Positions 33,716-41,709 of a DNA stretch of 47,241 nucleotides are shown in pieces. Within the stretch, counting starts at the first letter, position 1. Every line of letters starts with the position of its first letter. The position numbers and the translations under genes are program-made. Origin of the DNA: Candidatus Kuenenia stuttgartensis (GTDB taxonomy: Bacteria > Planctomycetota > UBA1135 > UBA2386); NCBI GenBank assembly GCA_945861365.1, contig CAMAUH010000001.1, positions 1-47,241 of the forward strand, read 5' to 3'. The notes under the pieces were generated by a model that saw nothing but the letters and a program-made list of their open reading frames with translations, was not told where the DNA came from and ran no database searches.

Positions 33716-36109
33716 TCAGGGATTCGGTGCCGGCGTCAGCAGATTGGCCAGCAGCCGCACCGCACCAGGGTGCAGCTTCTTGAGTTGCCGCACCAAGGCC
33801 AGCGCGCAGTAGACGTACTCGCCCTCGCCGGTGCGTGCGTACAACAGCGCGCCGCGCTGGGCTGGCTGCCCGGGATCCTGCGTCTCCAGCAGTTCCTGAT
33901 ACTGGGTCGCGTAGGTGTCGGGCAGGTACAGAGCGCGCTCCTGTTCCCAGCTGTCCCAATCGGCAGGCTTGATCGCGTTCGGATGATTGAGCAGGACGTG
34001 GTTCGACAACAGCACCCGCACGGGTGCATCGGCGCGGGTCACTCGCGCGCGCCCCACATGGAACGGCGAATGGGGAGCACCGAGGAAGCTGTCGCCCGGC
34101 GGATGGAACTCGTTCTCCTTCTGATAGAGGATCACGAGCCGATGTCCCTTGCCTGCCGCGAACTCGAGCAGGCGGCGGAAGCCCCGGCGGGCATCGGGCC
34201 GTTCACGCAAGGCCCGCGCATCGACGACGATCGTGTCGAAGCCCCCGAGGTCCGCAACCGCGACGTCCGCGTCACTGAGCTCGGTCCAACCGATGCCGAA
34301 ACCACCGACACCCAGGATGCCCGGCAGCGTGTCGTCGCGACTGCGAAGCAGGCCGACCCGCAGACCCTGAGGCAGACTCACTTCTACCGTGTGCACAGGC
34401 AACACGACCCGATTGGCGCCCAGCGCCACGCGCAGCACGTCGACGCCCGGCTTGTGTACCGCCGGCGCCTCGACTTCGAATCCGAGCAGGTCACGGCGCT
34501 GGTCGATCAACGCGATCGCCTGCCGATCGCGACGGAGCGCGTAGCCTGCAGGCGCGCGCACCACGAGGTCCTTGGCGACCGGGAACTGGGTATTGCGCGT
34601 CACACCGACGCTGAACTGGACGACCTGGCGGTCGTTCGGCAACAGCAGCATCTGTGGCACGACCTGAAGCTCGATCGGGGCTCGCAACTCGACCGGGACG
34701 ATCAGCGTCACCGGCAACTCGACCTCACGCAGGCTGACGAACAAACGCAACCGCACCGGCGGAACGAACCGGTCACCTCGGTACGGGTTCGTCCCGGAGT
34801 CACCGACGGTCGTCGATTGCCCAGGCATGCGGAATCGGGCATTCGCTCGCAAGGAATCCGTGCCGCTGCCTTGCGCATCGTCGTGCGGCTCCAACTCGAC
34901 TTCGATGCCGTCCAGCCCTTCCGCACGCATCTTCGCGGCGTTCCTGACCGCCCCATGCAGCTGCACGATCGCACTGAACTCCTCGCCAGCGATCGCGACG
35001 GTTCCGGGCAGCACTTCGAGTTCGGCCTGCATTCCGGCACTGATCAGGAGCAGGCGCTCCAACGCATCGATGCGACGCTCCAGACGACTGCGTGATTCGG
35101 ATCCCTCGGCACACCGCCCGCGAAGTGCACGCAACTCGACCAGCAGGGCGATCCACGCATCGATCGGCGGCTGCGGGAGATCGGCCTGTTCGCGCAGGGC
35201 CCCGATTGCCTGCTGCAGGCTCGCGAGACGCGCGGGATCTCCAGGCCAGTTCGAGGAGTCGAACAAGGACGGCAGATCGAAGGGGTGATCTTGGTCCACC
35301 GGACCGGTCGGCAGCAGGACCTCGAGGCGCATCGTCGACTCGAAGACTTCGTTGATCGGCCCCGGTAGCCCAGGGCTGCGATGCGCCAGGCGCAACACGT
35401 CATGCGCCATGCGCCGCCAGGTCACACCGTGGTTGCCATCGAGTTGGTCGACGTCGATGCGCAGGGTGCTGGTGCCGAACGAGCTGCCCGCCCCCAACAG
35501 CAGTGACCGAACCTGGTGTGGCGGGCCTTCGCCGGCAAAGTCGGCCTTGGCAGCAAGACGCACAGCTTCCGGCAGCAGCTCAACCAGGGCGAGGTCGTGG
35601 CCGTGCATCTCCTCCCGGTGGTGAGTGGTCAGGACGATGTCCGGCCGGATGCGTCGCAGCAGGCGGACGAGATCGCGAAGCGTCGCTTCGCGCCCCCATT
35701 CCGCGAACGTCTCGGCCGCCGATCGGCGAAAGCCGTTGTCAGGGCGATCCAGATACCAGACGTCGCAACCAAGCTGCGCACAGCCGACCTCAGCCTCGAG
35801 GGTTCTAATGCGCTCAAGCGCATCGCCGGTTTCTGGGCCGGCACTGTTCTGCCCACCGCCGCCGCGTGTTGCCAGCAGCACCGAGACGCGAATGCCGAAA
35901 GCGGTGCGGAGCCAGGCTGCCGGCAGGGGGTAGCGGTCGTCCGGGTGCGACGCGACCAACAGGGCATGTGCATCGCAGGTCGCGTCCAGCACGGCCTGGT
36001 GTCGAGCCACGGAACCGGCCGGAGAACGCTCCCAGCTGTCAGGCCAACGCTGAGCTCCCATCGACGACGCAAGCAGCGCCGTGAGGCAGATCTGGGCCAC
36101 GCAACGCAT
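33716..36109 (-). CDS. PIG-L/LmbE-family deacetylase fused to large beta-rich and GATase1-like C-terminal domains
   Basis: N-terminal signal peptide. LLVASHPDDRY (HPDD motif) and IVLTTHHREEMHGHD. C-terminal FDTIVVDARAL...GHRLVILYQ, resembling class-I amidotransferase-like folds. Confidence 0.75.
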   Translation of the reverse strand: MRCVAQICLTALLASSMGAQRWPDSWERSPAGSVARHQAVLDATCDAHALLVASHPDDRYPLPAAWLRTAFGIRVSVLLATRGGGGQNSAGPETGDALERIRTLEAEVGCAQLGCDVWYLDRPDNGFRRSAAETFAEWGREATLRDLVRLLRRIRPDIVLTTHHREEMHGHDLALVELLPEAVRLAAKADFAGEGPPHQVRSLLLGAGSSFGTSTLRIDVDQLDGNHGVTWRRMAHDVLRLAHRSPGLPGPINEVFESTMRLEVLLPTGPVDQDHPFDLPSLFDSSNWPGDPARLASLQQAIGALREQADLPQPPIDAWIALLVELRALRGRCAEGSESRSRLERRIDALERLLLISAGMQAELEVLPGTVAIAGEEFSAIVQLHGAVRNAAKMRAEGLDGIEVELEPHDDAQGSGTDSLRANARFRMPGQSTTVGDSGTNPYRGDRFVPPVRLRLFVSLREVELPVTLIVPVELRAPIELQVVPQMLLLPNDRQVVQFSVGVTRNTQFPVAKDLVVRAPAGYALRRDRQAIALIDQRRDLLGFEVEAPAVHKPGVDVLRVALGANRVVLPVHTVEVSLPQGLRVGLLRSRDDTLPGILGVGGFGIGWTELSDADVAVADLGGFDTIVVDARALRERPDARRGFRRLLEFAAGKGHRLVILYQKENEFHPPGDSFLGAPHSPFHVGRARVTRADAPVRVLLSNHVLLNHPNAIKPADWDSWEQERALYLPDTYATQYQELLETQDPGQPAQRGALLYARTGEGEYVYCALALVRQLKKLHPGAVRLLANLLTPAPNP

Positions 36110-36115
36110 CCTGGC

Positions 36116-36856
36116 TCACACTCCGAGGGAAAGCCGATTCGCGAGCACTTCGGGCAAGCCGGCACGCAGGATCTTCCTCTGCACGCCCGGGATGTCGTAC
36201 TGCACGCGACGGATGCTGGCGACCTGCCGATCCGTGTCCACGAGGCCGTATGCCGCACGCGGGTCTTCATCGCGAGGCTGGCCGACGCTGCCGACATTGA
36301 TCAGGACCCGTTCGTAGTCGCGGTACGAAACCTCGTCGTCGAACTGGTTGATGGCGCGGATGTCCGTGGTGGCGGCACCACGCCGCAGGTACATCGCGGG
36401 CACGTGGGAGTGGCCGACGAAGCAGAGGCGGGTCGCCTGCTGGTCGAGTGAGTCCAGCGCCTCGACGGGGCTGATCACATAGCCGAACTGGTCCGGGAGG
36501 TGCAGGGTGCCGTGCACGACCGTGAACTCATCCCGCGACTCCACGTACTTCAGGTTGGCAAGGAACTCGAAGTCGCTTGGCCGCAACTGCTTGGCGGTCC
36601 ACTGGATGGCTGCGCGCGCGAAGTTGTTGAAGTAGGAGGTATCCAACCTGCCGAGAACGGCAGCGTCATGGTTGCCAAGGCAGGTGATGCAACCAAGCTC
36701 CCTGACGATGTCTATGCAGGCAGAGGGCTCGGGGCCATACCCAACGATGTCCCCCACCTGCACCCAAACGTCGATACCGTCGTTCTTCATCACCGCGACG
36801 ACGGCGCTTAGGGCCTCAGTGTTGCCGTGAATATCACCTAATATACCGATTCGCAT
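36116..36856 (-). CDS. Metallophosphoesterase (calcineurin-like) family protein
   Basis: MRIGILGDIHGN, VQVGDIVGYGP, LGNHD, FVGHSHVP and INVGSVGQPRD are the canonical MPE metal-binding motifs. Confidence 0.88.
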   Translation of the reverse strand: MRIGILGDIHGNTEALSAVVAVMKNDGIDVWVQVGDIVGYGPEPSACIDIVRELGCITCLGNHDAAVLGRLDTSYFNNFARAAIQWTAKQLRPSDFEFLANLKYVESRDEFTVVHGTLHLPDQFGYVISPVEALDSLDQQATRLCFVGHSHVPAMYLRRGAATTDIRAINQFDDEVSYRDYERVLINVGSVGQPRDEDPRAAYGLVDTDRQVASIRRVQYDIPGVQRKILRAGLPEVLANRLSLGV

Positions 36857-36857
36857 A

Positions 36858-37457
36858 TCAACGACCTGGCTCTTGGGCCGACGCCAACAGAATCGCAGCG
36901 ATGGTGCTCAGAGACACTGAGGCAAGGGAGTCGGCAGTCCATCCCACTTTGCCAAGGTGGGCTGAGAGGAACATCGACCACCCCAAGAAAATCAGCAGAA
37001 CCAAGTGGCTCACAACCGTGGGGCGCAGAGCAATGCTCGCAGCAGCAATCGGCATCCAGGCCAACACGAATACCGAACCAAGACGGATGATCCCAACGGA
37101 ATCCAGCGGCTGGCCACGCAGACAATCCACCATCAGGAGGGTGAGAGTGAAACCCAGGGCGATCAACACCAAGAGCATCCAGTTGCCGATCAGGCCAAGG
37201 GCCAGGCATCTTCTCGGCTGAACCCGGTGCTTGGTCAGGAGGAACTGAAGCAGGAGAGTCGCCCACGCAACAAACGCCGCCTCTTGGCTGAGATTGACTC
37301 CGTGCTGTCGCAGGAACAGGGGCTCCTGCAAGACTGCGCAAGCCATCCATCCAACAACCACAAGCCAAGGGGCCAAGCCCAGAGACTTCAGGGCATCCTG
37401 ATTCTCCAGCAAACCAAACCGCAAGCTTGACTGCAGGGAGGGCATGTGTTCATCCAA
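36858..37457 (-). CDS. Integral membrane protein (about six TM helices), unknown function
   Basis: Hydrophobic segments: APWLVVVGWMACAVL, AAFVAWATLLLQFLL, LALGLIGNWMLLVLIALGFTLTLLMV, GSVFVLAWMPIAAASIAL, HLVLLIFLGWSMFLSA, VSLSTIAAILLA. The stop abuts the MPE gene start. Confidence 0.6.
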   Translation of the reverse strand: MDEHMPSLQSSLRFGLLENQDALKSLGLAPWLVVVGWMACAVLQEPLFLRQHGVNLSQEAAFVAWATLLLQFLLTKHRVQPRRCLALGLIGNWMLLVLIALGFTLTLLMVDCLRGQPLDSVGIIRLGSVFVLAWMPIAAASIALRPTVVSHLVLLIFLGWSMFLSAHLGKVGWTADSLASVSLSTIAAILLASAQEPGR

Positions 37458-37507
37458 GCCAATCGGTCATCCGGCCGGCGGGGCTCGGTGGCACATACTA
37501 ACCCTGC

Positions 37508-38215
37508 TTGGCTCAGAACAGAGAGCTGGACGAACACGCCGTGCAAATCGTTGCCCTTGCCAACCAGAAGGGAGGCGTCGGAAAGACAACCACTGCGGTG
37601 CACCTGGCCCACGGGTTGGCCCTGGCTGGCCGCAAGGTCGCCCTTGTTGACTTGGATCCGCAGGGCAATGCAACCGTTGCCGTGCAGGAGATGCTGACAG
37701 GCGATTCTGGAGCGCCCTTGCTGCGACTGGATGAGCGCCTCTGGCTGGTTCCTTCGGCAGGCCCCGCCGGATCGCCACCTGATCCAGCAAGCATCCACCA
37801 TCTGCTCGCCCAGAGCGGCATCGCACCCGATGTGGTGGTCGTCGACTGTCCGCCGCGAATGGACGAGTGGGGCTGGGCTGGGCTGAGGCTGGCACACGAA
37901 GTCATCGTTCCGGTCCAGGCCGAGTTCCTAGCCATGCACGGCCTCTCCCAGATCCTGGCGACCCTGGGCAGCCTTCCAGGTGTTCGCGTCCGAGGAATCC
38001 TGCCAACCATGGTCGACCTAGGCCAACCGATCACCGTGGAGGTGCTACGCGACCTCCGCAAGAACCTCAAGGAACTCGTCATGAGCGCGACCATCGTTCG
38101 CGACTCCTCGCTGGTTGAGGCTGCCAGCTTCGGCAGGACGATCTTCCAGCACGCCCCGCACTCACGAGCAGCCCTTTGCTATGCTGCCATGACCATGGAG
38201 TTCATCAATGGTTGA
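37508..38215 (+). CDS. parA: ParA/Soj chromosome-partitioning ATPase
   Basis: Deviant Walker A in IVALANQKGGVGKTTTAVHLA. DLDPQGN; VVVDCPP. The ORF begins at TTG 37508. GTG 37541 (VQIVALANQKGG) would give the canonical short N-terminus. 8-nt overlap with parB. Confidence 0.88.
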   Translation: MAQNRELDEHAVQIVALANQKGGVGKTTTAVHLAHGLALAGRKVALVDLDPQGNATVAVQEMLTGDSGAPLLRLDERLWLVPSAGPAGSPPDPASIHHLLAQSGIAPDVVVVDCPPRMDEWGWAGLRLAHEVIVPVQAEFLAMHGLSQILATLGSLPGVRVRGILPTMVDLGQPITVEVLRDLRKNLKELVMSATIVRDSSLVEAASFGRTIFQHAPHSRAALCYAAMTMEFING

Positions 38216-39143
38216 CCGTCGACTGGGTCGAGGACTCGACTTCTTCCTTTCCGGGAACCGCCAACCCGCTCCTACGCCACCTCCGGTGGTGCAACCTGCA
38301 GCGCCAGCTGCGAGCCTCCCTGATGAAGTCAGCGAGACCAAGGCTGCCGGCGATGAGGTGATGCTTGTTGAGCTGGATCGGCTGGTTCCGAATCCGAATC
38401 AGCCGCGCAAGGTCATGGAAGAGCGCGAACTGCAGCAGCTCGCCGACTCCATTCGAACCAACGGCATCCTCCAACCCATCCTGGCTCGGAAAGCCGGCAC
38501 CCAACTCGAGGTTGTGGCTGGCGAACGCCGCTGGCGTGCCGCCAAGCTGGCTGGACTGACGCACGTTCCGGTTCTCGTTCGAAACATCGACGAGCAGGAC
38601 TCAGCGGTCTTTGCCCTGGTTGAGAACGTCCAACGCGAGGACCTGAACGCCATCGAGAAGGCTCAGGGGTTCAAGCTGCTGATGGATCGCCTGGGCGCCA
38701 CCCAGGAGGTCGTCGCAAAGAAGGTTGGCTTCGATCGGTCGACGGTCACCAACTTCCTGCGACTGCTCGATCTTCCCGCCGAAGTCCAAGCTCATGTTTC
38801 ACGTGGAACATTGACCATGGGCCACGCACGCTCCCTACTCGCCCTGCCGGATGCAGCAGCGATGACCGAGATGGCGACCTCGGCAATCCGAGAGGCGCTT
38901 TCTGTCAGGGCCCTCGAGACCAAGGTCAAGGGCGCCTTGGAGGCCAGCGCTGGAACTGGCTCCGGAGCCTCGCCAAAGAAGTCGACCCGGCCAGTCTGGG
39001 TCAACGAGCTGGAGGAGAACCTGGTCGATGCCCTCGGATCACCAGTCCACATCCGCTACAGCCGCAACCGCACCCAGATCACCATCGAGTGCGGCAACCG
39101 CGAAGACTTCGAGCGAGTCTATCAGCGGCTCAAGAATGCGTAG
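38208..39143 (+). CDS. parB: ParB/Spo0J partition protein
   Basis: RGLDFFL, LVPNPNQPRK, GILQPILAR, the GERRWRAAKLAG CTP-binding box, an HTH region (QEVVAKKVGFDRSTVTNFLRLL) and LTMGHARSLLAL. Confidence 0.92.
   Translation: MVDRRLGRGLDFFLSGNRQPAPTPPPVVQPAAPAASLPDEVSETKAAGDEVMLVELDRLVPNPNQPRKVMEERELQQLADSIRTNGILQPILARKAGTQLEVVAGERRWRAAKLAGLTHVPVLVRNIDEQDSAVFALVENVQREDLNAIEKAQGFKLLMDRLGATQEVVAKKVGFDRSTVTNFLRLLDLPAEVQAHVSRGTLTMGHARSLLALPDAAAMTEMATSAIREALSVRALETKVKGALEASAGTGSGASPKKSTRPVWVNELEENLVDALGSPVHIRYSRNRTQITIECGNREDFERVYQRLKNA
38795..38810. promoter_or_regulatory. parS-like centromere site inside parB
   Basis: TGTTTCACGTGGAACA versus the canonical TGTTNCACGTGAAACA, one mismatch. It lies in the codons for HVSRGT of ParB, as with the known parS inside B. 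subtilis spo0J. Confidence 0.7.
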
Positions 39144-39157
39144 CGCGCGGGCGCCAG

Positions 39158-39203
39158 GGCGGCGAAACATCGCCGCCGGCATAGGCCAGGTCGAGATCCT
39201 GGC
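39158..39203. terminator. Two adjacent hairpins between convergent parB and the cyclophilin-like gene
   Basis: GGCGGCG-aaacat-CGCCGCC (39158..39177) and GCCAGG-tcgagat-CCTGGC (39185..39203). No U-tract. Confidence 0.45.
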
Positions 39204-39213
39204 TCGGCTCTAA

Positions 39214-40362
39214 TCAGAGCTTGGTGACCGAAACAACCCGGATGGCATCGCTTGGCTTGCCGATGCCCTGCTCTTCTTCCTGGGCAGTCATCGGGGCTTC
39301 GCAAACCCGCTTCAGGTTGTCGAGGCCCTCGACCACGAAGCCGAACAGCACGCGCTCACCGTCATACCTCGGCGCGTCCTCAACGCAGATCCACAGGCGA
39401 TCAGCGCACGACTTGCCATCCGCACCGTTGCGAGCGGAGACAGCGCCGGCGAAGTGGCTCAACGCCGTGTCTTCGAAATCAACCTGGTGCGTGCTCGGCT
39501 CGGTATCCGTCCACTTGCTCCGATCGTCCTGGCCGCGCGTGGACTCAAGACCGAAGTGCAGCTCCTGAGGGTTCTTGCGAGTCTTGGAGGACCGGCGGAT
39601 CTCATCGATCGCGATGTCCTTCCAGAAGCCCGCCTCAACCAACTTGAGGGCTTCCTGAAGGTGCTTCGGCACCTGCGGCATCAGCGCGATGACGAACGAG
39701 CCATAGCCACCTGACAGCTCGACCTTGAACTTGGGAGCATCCGCCGGCGGATCGATGCGTGCGAACTGAGCAGGCGCTGCATAGCCCTTGGCGGCTGCAA
39801 TCTGCGCTCGCATCCTCGACACGGCACTGCCCTTCTCGGCGGCCTTGTACTCCGGCTTCTTGGGATCGTTCGGCTTGAGGCCATCCTTGGATGCCTTGAC
39901 CTGCTCCACCGCCTGAACCGGATAGTCAGTCACCTTGACCAACGAGTGGTTGGGGAACTGCCGCTCGAGATCGCCCAGGGCCGCCTCGGCCTTGTCCCAC
40001 TGCTTCGCGCTTGCCGCACGCGAAGCCAAGGCAGCCAACAGGTAGGGGCGTTGCGCTTCCGATGCGGCTGCGATCGCCGACTCCAGCTTTGCGACATCTG
40101 TCGATCCAACGCTCTCGGTCACGCTCTGGAGGATCTTCTCCTGATCGGTGTAAGTCGCTTGCATACCGAGCGTTGCAGTGAATTCAGCCCACGCGGAATC
40201 CGCCTGCCGGCGCTTGTATTCCGTCATCCCGTAATCGACTCCGAGCGCGCCGACGATGGCTGCGACAAGGACGTATGCGAGAGTCCGGTAGCGATCCCAC
40301 AGCTGCTCGATTTGGCTGGGGGCCTGGGTACCTTCAAGAGCGGTCGGAGGGATTGCAGACAT
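39214..40362 (-). CDS. Membrane-anchored protein with a C-terminal cyclophilin-type peptidyl-prolyl isomerase-like domain
   Basis: Inside ORF 39214..40425. ATG 40362. TM helix YRTLAYVLVAAIVGALGV. C-terminus: FKVELSGGYGSFVIALMPQVPKHLQEA...SHFAGAVSARNGADGKS...RLWICVEDAPRYDGERVLFGFVVEGLDNL, which is cyclophilin-like. Confidence 0.65.
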   Translation of the reverse strand: MSAIPPTALEGTQAPSQIEQLWDRYRTLAYVLVAAIVGALGVDYGMTEYKRRQADSAWAEFTATLGMQATYTDQEKILQSVTESVGSTDVAKLESAIAAASEAQRPYLLAALASRAASAKQWDKAEAALGDLERQFPNHSLVKVTDYPVQAVEQVKASKDGLKPNDPKKPEYKAAEKGSAVSRMRAQIAAAKGYAAPAQFARIDPPADAPKFKVELSGGYGSFVIALMPQVPKHLQEALKLVEAGFWKDIAIDEIRRSSKTRKNPQELHFGLESTRGQDDRSKWTDTEPSTHQVDFEDTALSHFAGAVSARNGADGKSCADRLWICVEDAPRYDGERVLFGFVVEGLDNLKRVCEAPMTAQEEEQGIGKPSDAIRVVSVTKL

Positions 40363-40372
40363 TGGGAGTGCT

Positions 40373-40792
40373 TCAGCGACGCTGGAACTGCGTGTCGTAG
40401 TCCACGACCATCTGGGTTGCCCCATCGGCCCGGCTAAAAACGTACTCTGCGGAGTAAATGCCGCGCTCGAAGCGGATCTTCACACCCGCCTCCTCCACCT
40501 GCTCTTCAGCGACCATCGTCCAGTTGTGCTGAGGCATGCGCTCCCTCACGTAGGACACGGCAGACTGGACTGGCGTCTGTCCGCTGTAGATGAAGTGGGC
40601 CTTTCGCCAGGAGGCTTCGACCCGCGAGTGACTCTCGTGGGCAGAGTCCCGCAGCTGCATACCGGCGGGGACCACGACGTCCTGGAACTGCACCGCACTC
40701 ACACCGTAAGCGGTCGTTGGGTCGGGCGACGCGCAGCTGGAAACAGCAACGACGCCGACCGCCAAAGCCAGAGAGCTCGCAAGGCGCTTCAT
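40373..40792 (-). CDS. Lipoprotein, unknown function
   Basis: Signal peptide plus lipobox MKRLASSLALAVGVVAVSSC. Balanced composition. 10 nt upstream of the cyclophilin-like gene. Confidence 0.6.
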   Translation of the reverse strand: MKRLASSLALAVGVVAVSSCASPDPTTAYGVSAVQFQDVVVPAGMQLRDSAHESHSRVEASWRKAHFIYSGQTPVQSAVSYVRERMPQHNWTMVAEEQVEEAGVKIRFERGIYSAEYVFSRADGATQMVVDYDTQFQRR

Positions 40793-41057
40793 CGGTGGAG
40801 TGATGGCGGGTAGAGGAATAGGGGGCCCCGTAGTGTAGCTACGAGCCAGGGGCCAAGCAACGCCGGCATCGCTACCCGACGGACCTGGATCGCCCCCAAG
40901 CCACGAGCCCGAAGGAGCCAGTCAGGGCGCCCCCTCATCGGCAGGCCATCGATCGCAACCTCAGTCCTGCGACCCCCCAGGGCATTCCGTCCGACCACTG
41001 CAGCACCTAGACTGGGCGCAACCTTCGCACTCCCGGCCCACGTCCGGAGCCACAAGC

Positions 41058-41678
41058 ATGCGGGTTGGTGAGCCAGAACGACGCCACGAGCTGCTGGACC
41101 GAGCCACTCTCGTTCTGAACCGCTCCTGGCGACCGGTGCACGTGACCACGGTGCGCCGAGCCCTCTGCATGGTTTTCCGCGATTCAGCCCGCATCGTCTG
41201 CCCAGAGAGTCTCGCCACCTACGACTTCGAGCAGTGGCTCGAGGTGCCGCCCGCAAGGCCCGACCTGTCGATCCGCTCTCCAAGCATCTGCATTGCGGCA
41301 CCCGAGGTCATCCTGCTCCAACAGTACGATCGCGTGCCCTGCCATGAGGCTCCGTTCACGCGGCGGAACCTGTTCTTGCGCGACGACTTCACCTGCCAGT
41401 ACTGCGGTCGAAAGCGACCATCGGACCACCTCAGCGTCGACCATGTGGTCCCTCGCTCGAGAGGCGGCACCACCTCTTGGGAGAACTGCGTGCTGGCCTG
41501 CGTGAGCTGCAATGCACGCAAGGCGGATCGCAACCTGAAGGAGGCCGGCCTTCACCTGTTGCGCCAGCCGATCCGACCGCGTTGGACTCCCTACCTCAAC
41601 CTGCGCCCGAGCCAGCGAATGGACTCCTGGGCCCGATTCACTCCAGAGAGCCGACGCAAGACCGCTTCGAACTTCTGA
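41058..41678 (+). CDS. HNH endonuclease family protein (COG1403-like, conserved stand-alone type)
   Basis: LVLNRSWRPVHVTTVRRALCMV N-terminal domain. RDDFTCQYCGRK...LSVDHVVPRSRGGTTSWENCVLACVSCNARKADR (HNH with CxxC pairs). Confidence 0.88.
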   Translation: MRVGEPERRHELLDRATLVLNRSWRPVHVTTVRRALCMVFRDSARIVCPESLATYDFEQWLEVPPARPDLSIRSPSICIAAPEVILLQQYDRVPCHEAPFTRRNLFLRDDFTCQYCGRKRPSDHLSVDHVVPRSRGGTTSWENCVLACVSCNARKADRNLKEAGLHLLRQPIRPRWTPYLNLRPSQRMDSWARFTPESRRKTASNF

Positions 41679-41709
41679 CCTGCAAGAGCAACCCGAACCA
41701 CCTCGGCAC

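Noticed and set aside
40826-40900. tRNA-like start (GGGGCCCCGTAGTGTAGC) in the 265-bp gap, and an SRP-RNA-like CCCGAAGGAGCCAG motif at about 40905.
   Set aside because: No T-arm (GGTTCGAATCC-type) or anticodon-arm geometry can be built on either strand. The SRP-like match lacks the GNRA tetraloop and the flanking helix.
40789-41301. A 170-aa minus-strand ORF spanning the intergenic gap and the HNH gene 5' end.
   Set aside because: It is Arg/Gly/Ala-rich with no motif and overlaps the well-supported HNH gene in antisense.
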